Positions 62,918 through 64,000 of a DNA stretch of 64,000 bases are shown here, in pieces (the first letter of the stretch is position 1; each line of letters opens with the position of its first letter). The notes below the pieces were generated by a model, which saw only the letters and a list, made by a program, of their open reading frames with translations, had not been told where the DNA came from and made no database searches. Source of the stretch: Gnetum montanum. Its lineage: Eukaryota > Plantae > Gnetophyta. The position numbers and the translations under genes were made by a program. Location: assembly GCA_015680685.1 (NCBI GenBank), contig MNCI01001041.1:122528-186527 (forward strand). Reading direction: 5' to 3'.

Positions 62918-63456
62918 TTGTGAGAATACTTTTTGAGAATATTCTAAAAAAAAAAAAAGCAAAAGTAGCCAACGCATTTGTGAGAACATTTTTTGGGCAA
63001 TAAAAATGCACTAGCAAGCATACATCAAATTGATGATAAGTTTTAAAGCTAAGTTAAAGGTAGGATTACGAGTATTTACCTTTGCAAGCATATTCATCAT
63101 TTAATTCTTAAAGTGTTTTCATTCTTAGTTGGAATGCTAAGAATAAACCTCAAGTAAAACATTTGTACTCAACTATATTATTGCTACATGGAAAATCAAA
63201 TTTATAAGTTTGATAGCTAGGATCCATACCTTGGTAATGAAGGATGCAAGTTGTGTTAGAATTGTGAGTTGTATGATCACCATTGAAGTACAGGTATGGA
63301 TTAAAATTCTAATGTAATATAGTTGCAATTAGAAAAGGGATTGGTTCCTTGTATATGATTCCTCAAAAGAAAGGTGGATTATTATAGTTGATGGTTTTGA
63401 TAGTGAGGATGAGATGAGAAGGTCTAATATGGCTTGGCCCTTGATAGACTATTGAG

Positions 63457-64000
63457 TGATGAGCGGCAAGGTACCCCTACGCTCAACCATACGAATACGA
63501 GCGTTTCATGCACGATTCGGTTGAATTCCAAGGACTAAGTGCTTATGCGCCCTTGTCGAACAAGGATGGGTTGATTGATCACTATCTTCCCAAACTTACA
63601 TGTATGTCACGATTGTATGGTTAAGTAAGCTTGAGGCATATGATTTTTATATCTTTTATGTTTCTATGTCTTGTACTAATAGGGAAAGAGAGAGATAACT
63701 AGGTGACTAATTAAACTTAACTACTCATTAACTAAGTTCTAACTAATCCTAACACAAGGTATGTTGTACACAAGGTGTGCTCAGGTACATAATGCTCGAA
63801 TAAAGATCCGTCCACACTTCGATCTTATGTTGCGGGCACTTGGAAACTATTCTAACTTTCAAATAGACTACAAGAGTTTTGGTACTTGACTGCTACCCGA
63901 CTTCTTCTTCTAGATTACTCCCTATTGTGCGCCTAGGCATTGTATTTATAGGCCTAGGAGCGACCCAAGAATAACCGCTCTAATAGTAACCACTCTAATA
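63457..64000 (-). mobile_element. Family A LTR (3' or solo), runs off the right edge
   Basis: TGATGAGCGGCAAGGTACCCCTAC start, similar to 52991; TATA ~63943-63950; no adjacent PBS. Confidence 0.85.

Noticed and set aside
62435-63017. Overlapping ORFs 62530..62823, 62576..62923, 62691..62936, 62820..63017 and the signal-peptide-like start of 62435..62989
   Set aside because: Shadow frames of a low-complexity GC-rich CDS; the hydrophobic start comes from a poly-T tract.

Overview
Repeat-dense, CpG/CHG-depleted DNA from a large plant genome, with one scaffold gap (N, 38544-38862) and no intact host gene. It holds nested, decayed Ty3/gypsy LTR retrotransposons: an Athila-like family A (one near-complete copy with an extra 3' ORF, one partial copy, one gag-protease-only derivative, solo/partial LTRs), a Tat/Ogre-like family B with an additional RNase H, and an orphan LTR with a tRNA-Met PBS. 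It also holds endogenous caulimovirid (plant pararetrovirus) DNA of three distinct types, and a frameshifted SNRNP27-like gene at the right end. The main structure is a 26.8-kb viral palindrome (34437-61273). Two near-unit-length genomes of one virus (V1) are opened at the same viral nucleotide, joined tail-to-tail through a ~120-bp filler and flanked by a GTATT direct repeat. Their viral promoters converge, and a second, related virus (V2) is nested inside the right arm. All alignments and identities were read by eye, so some boundaries are approximate.
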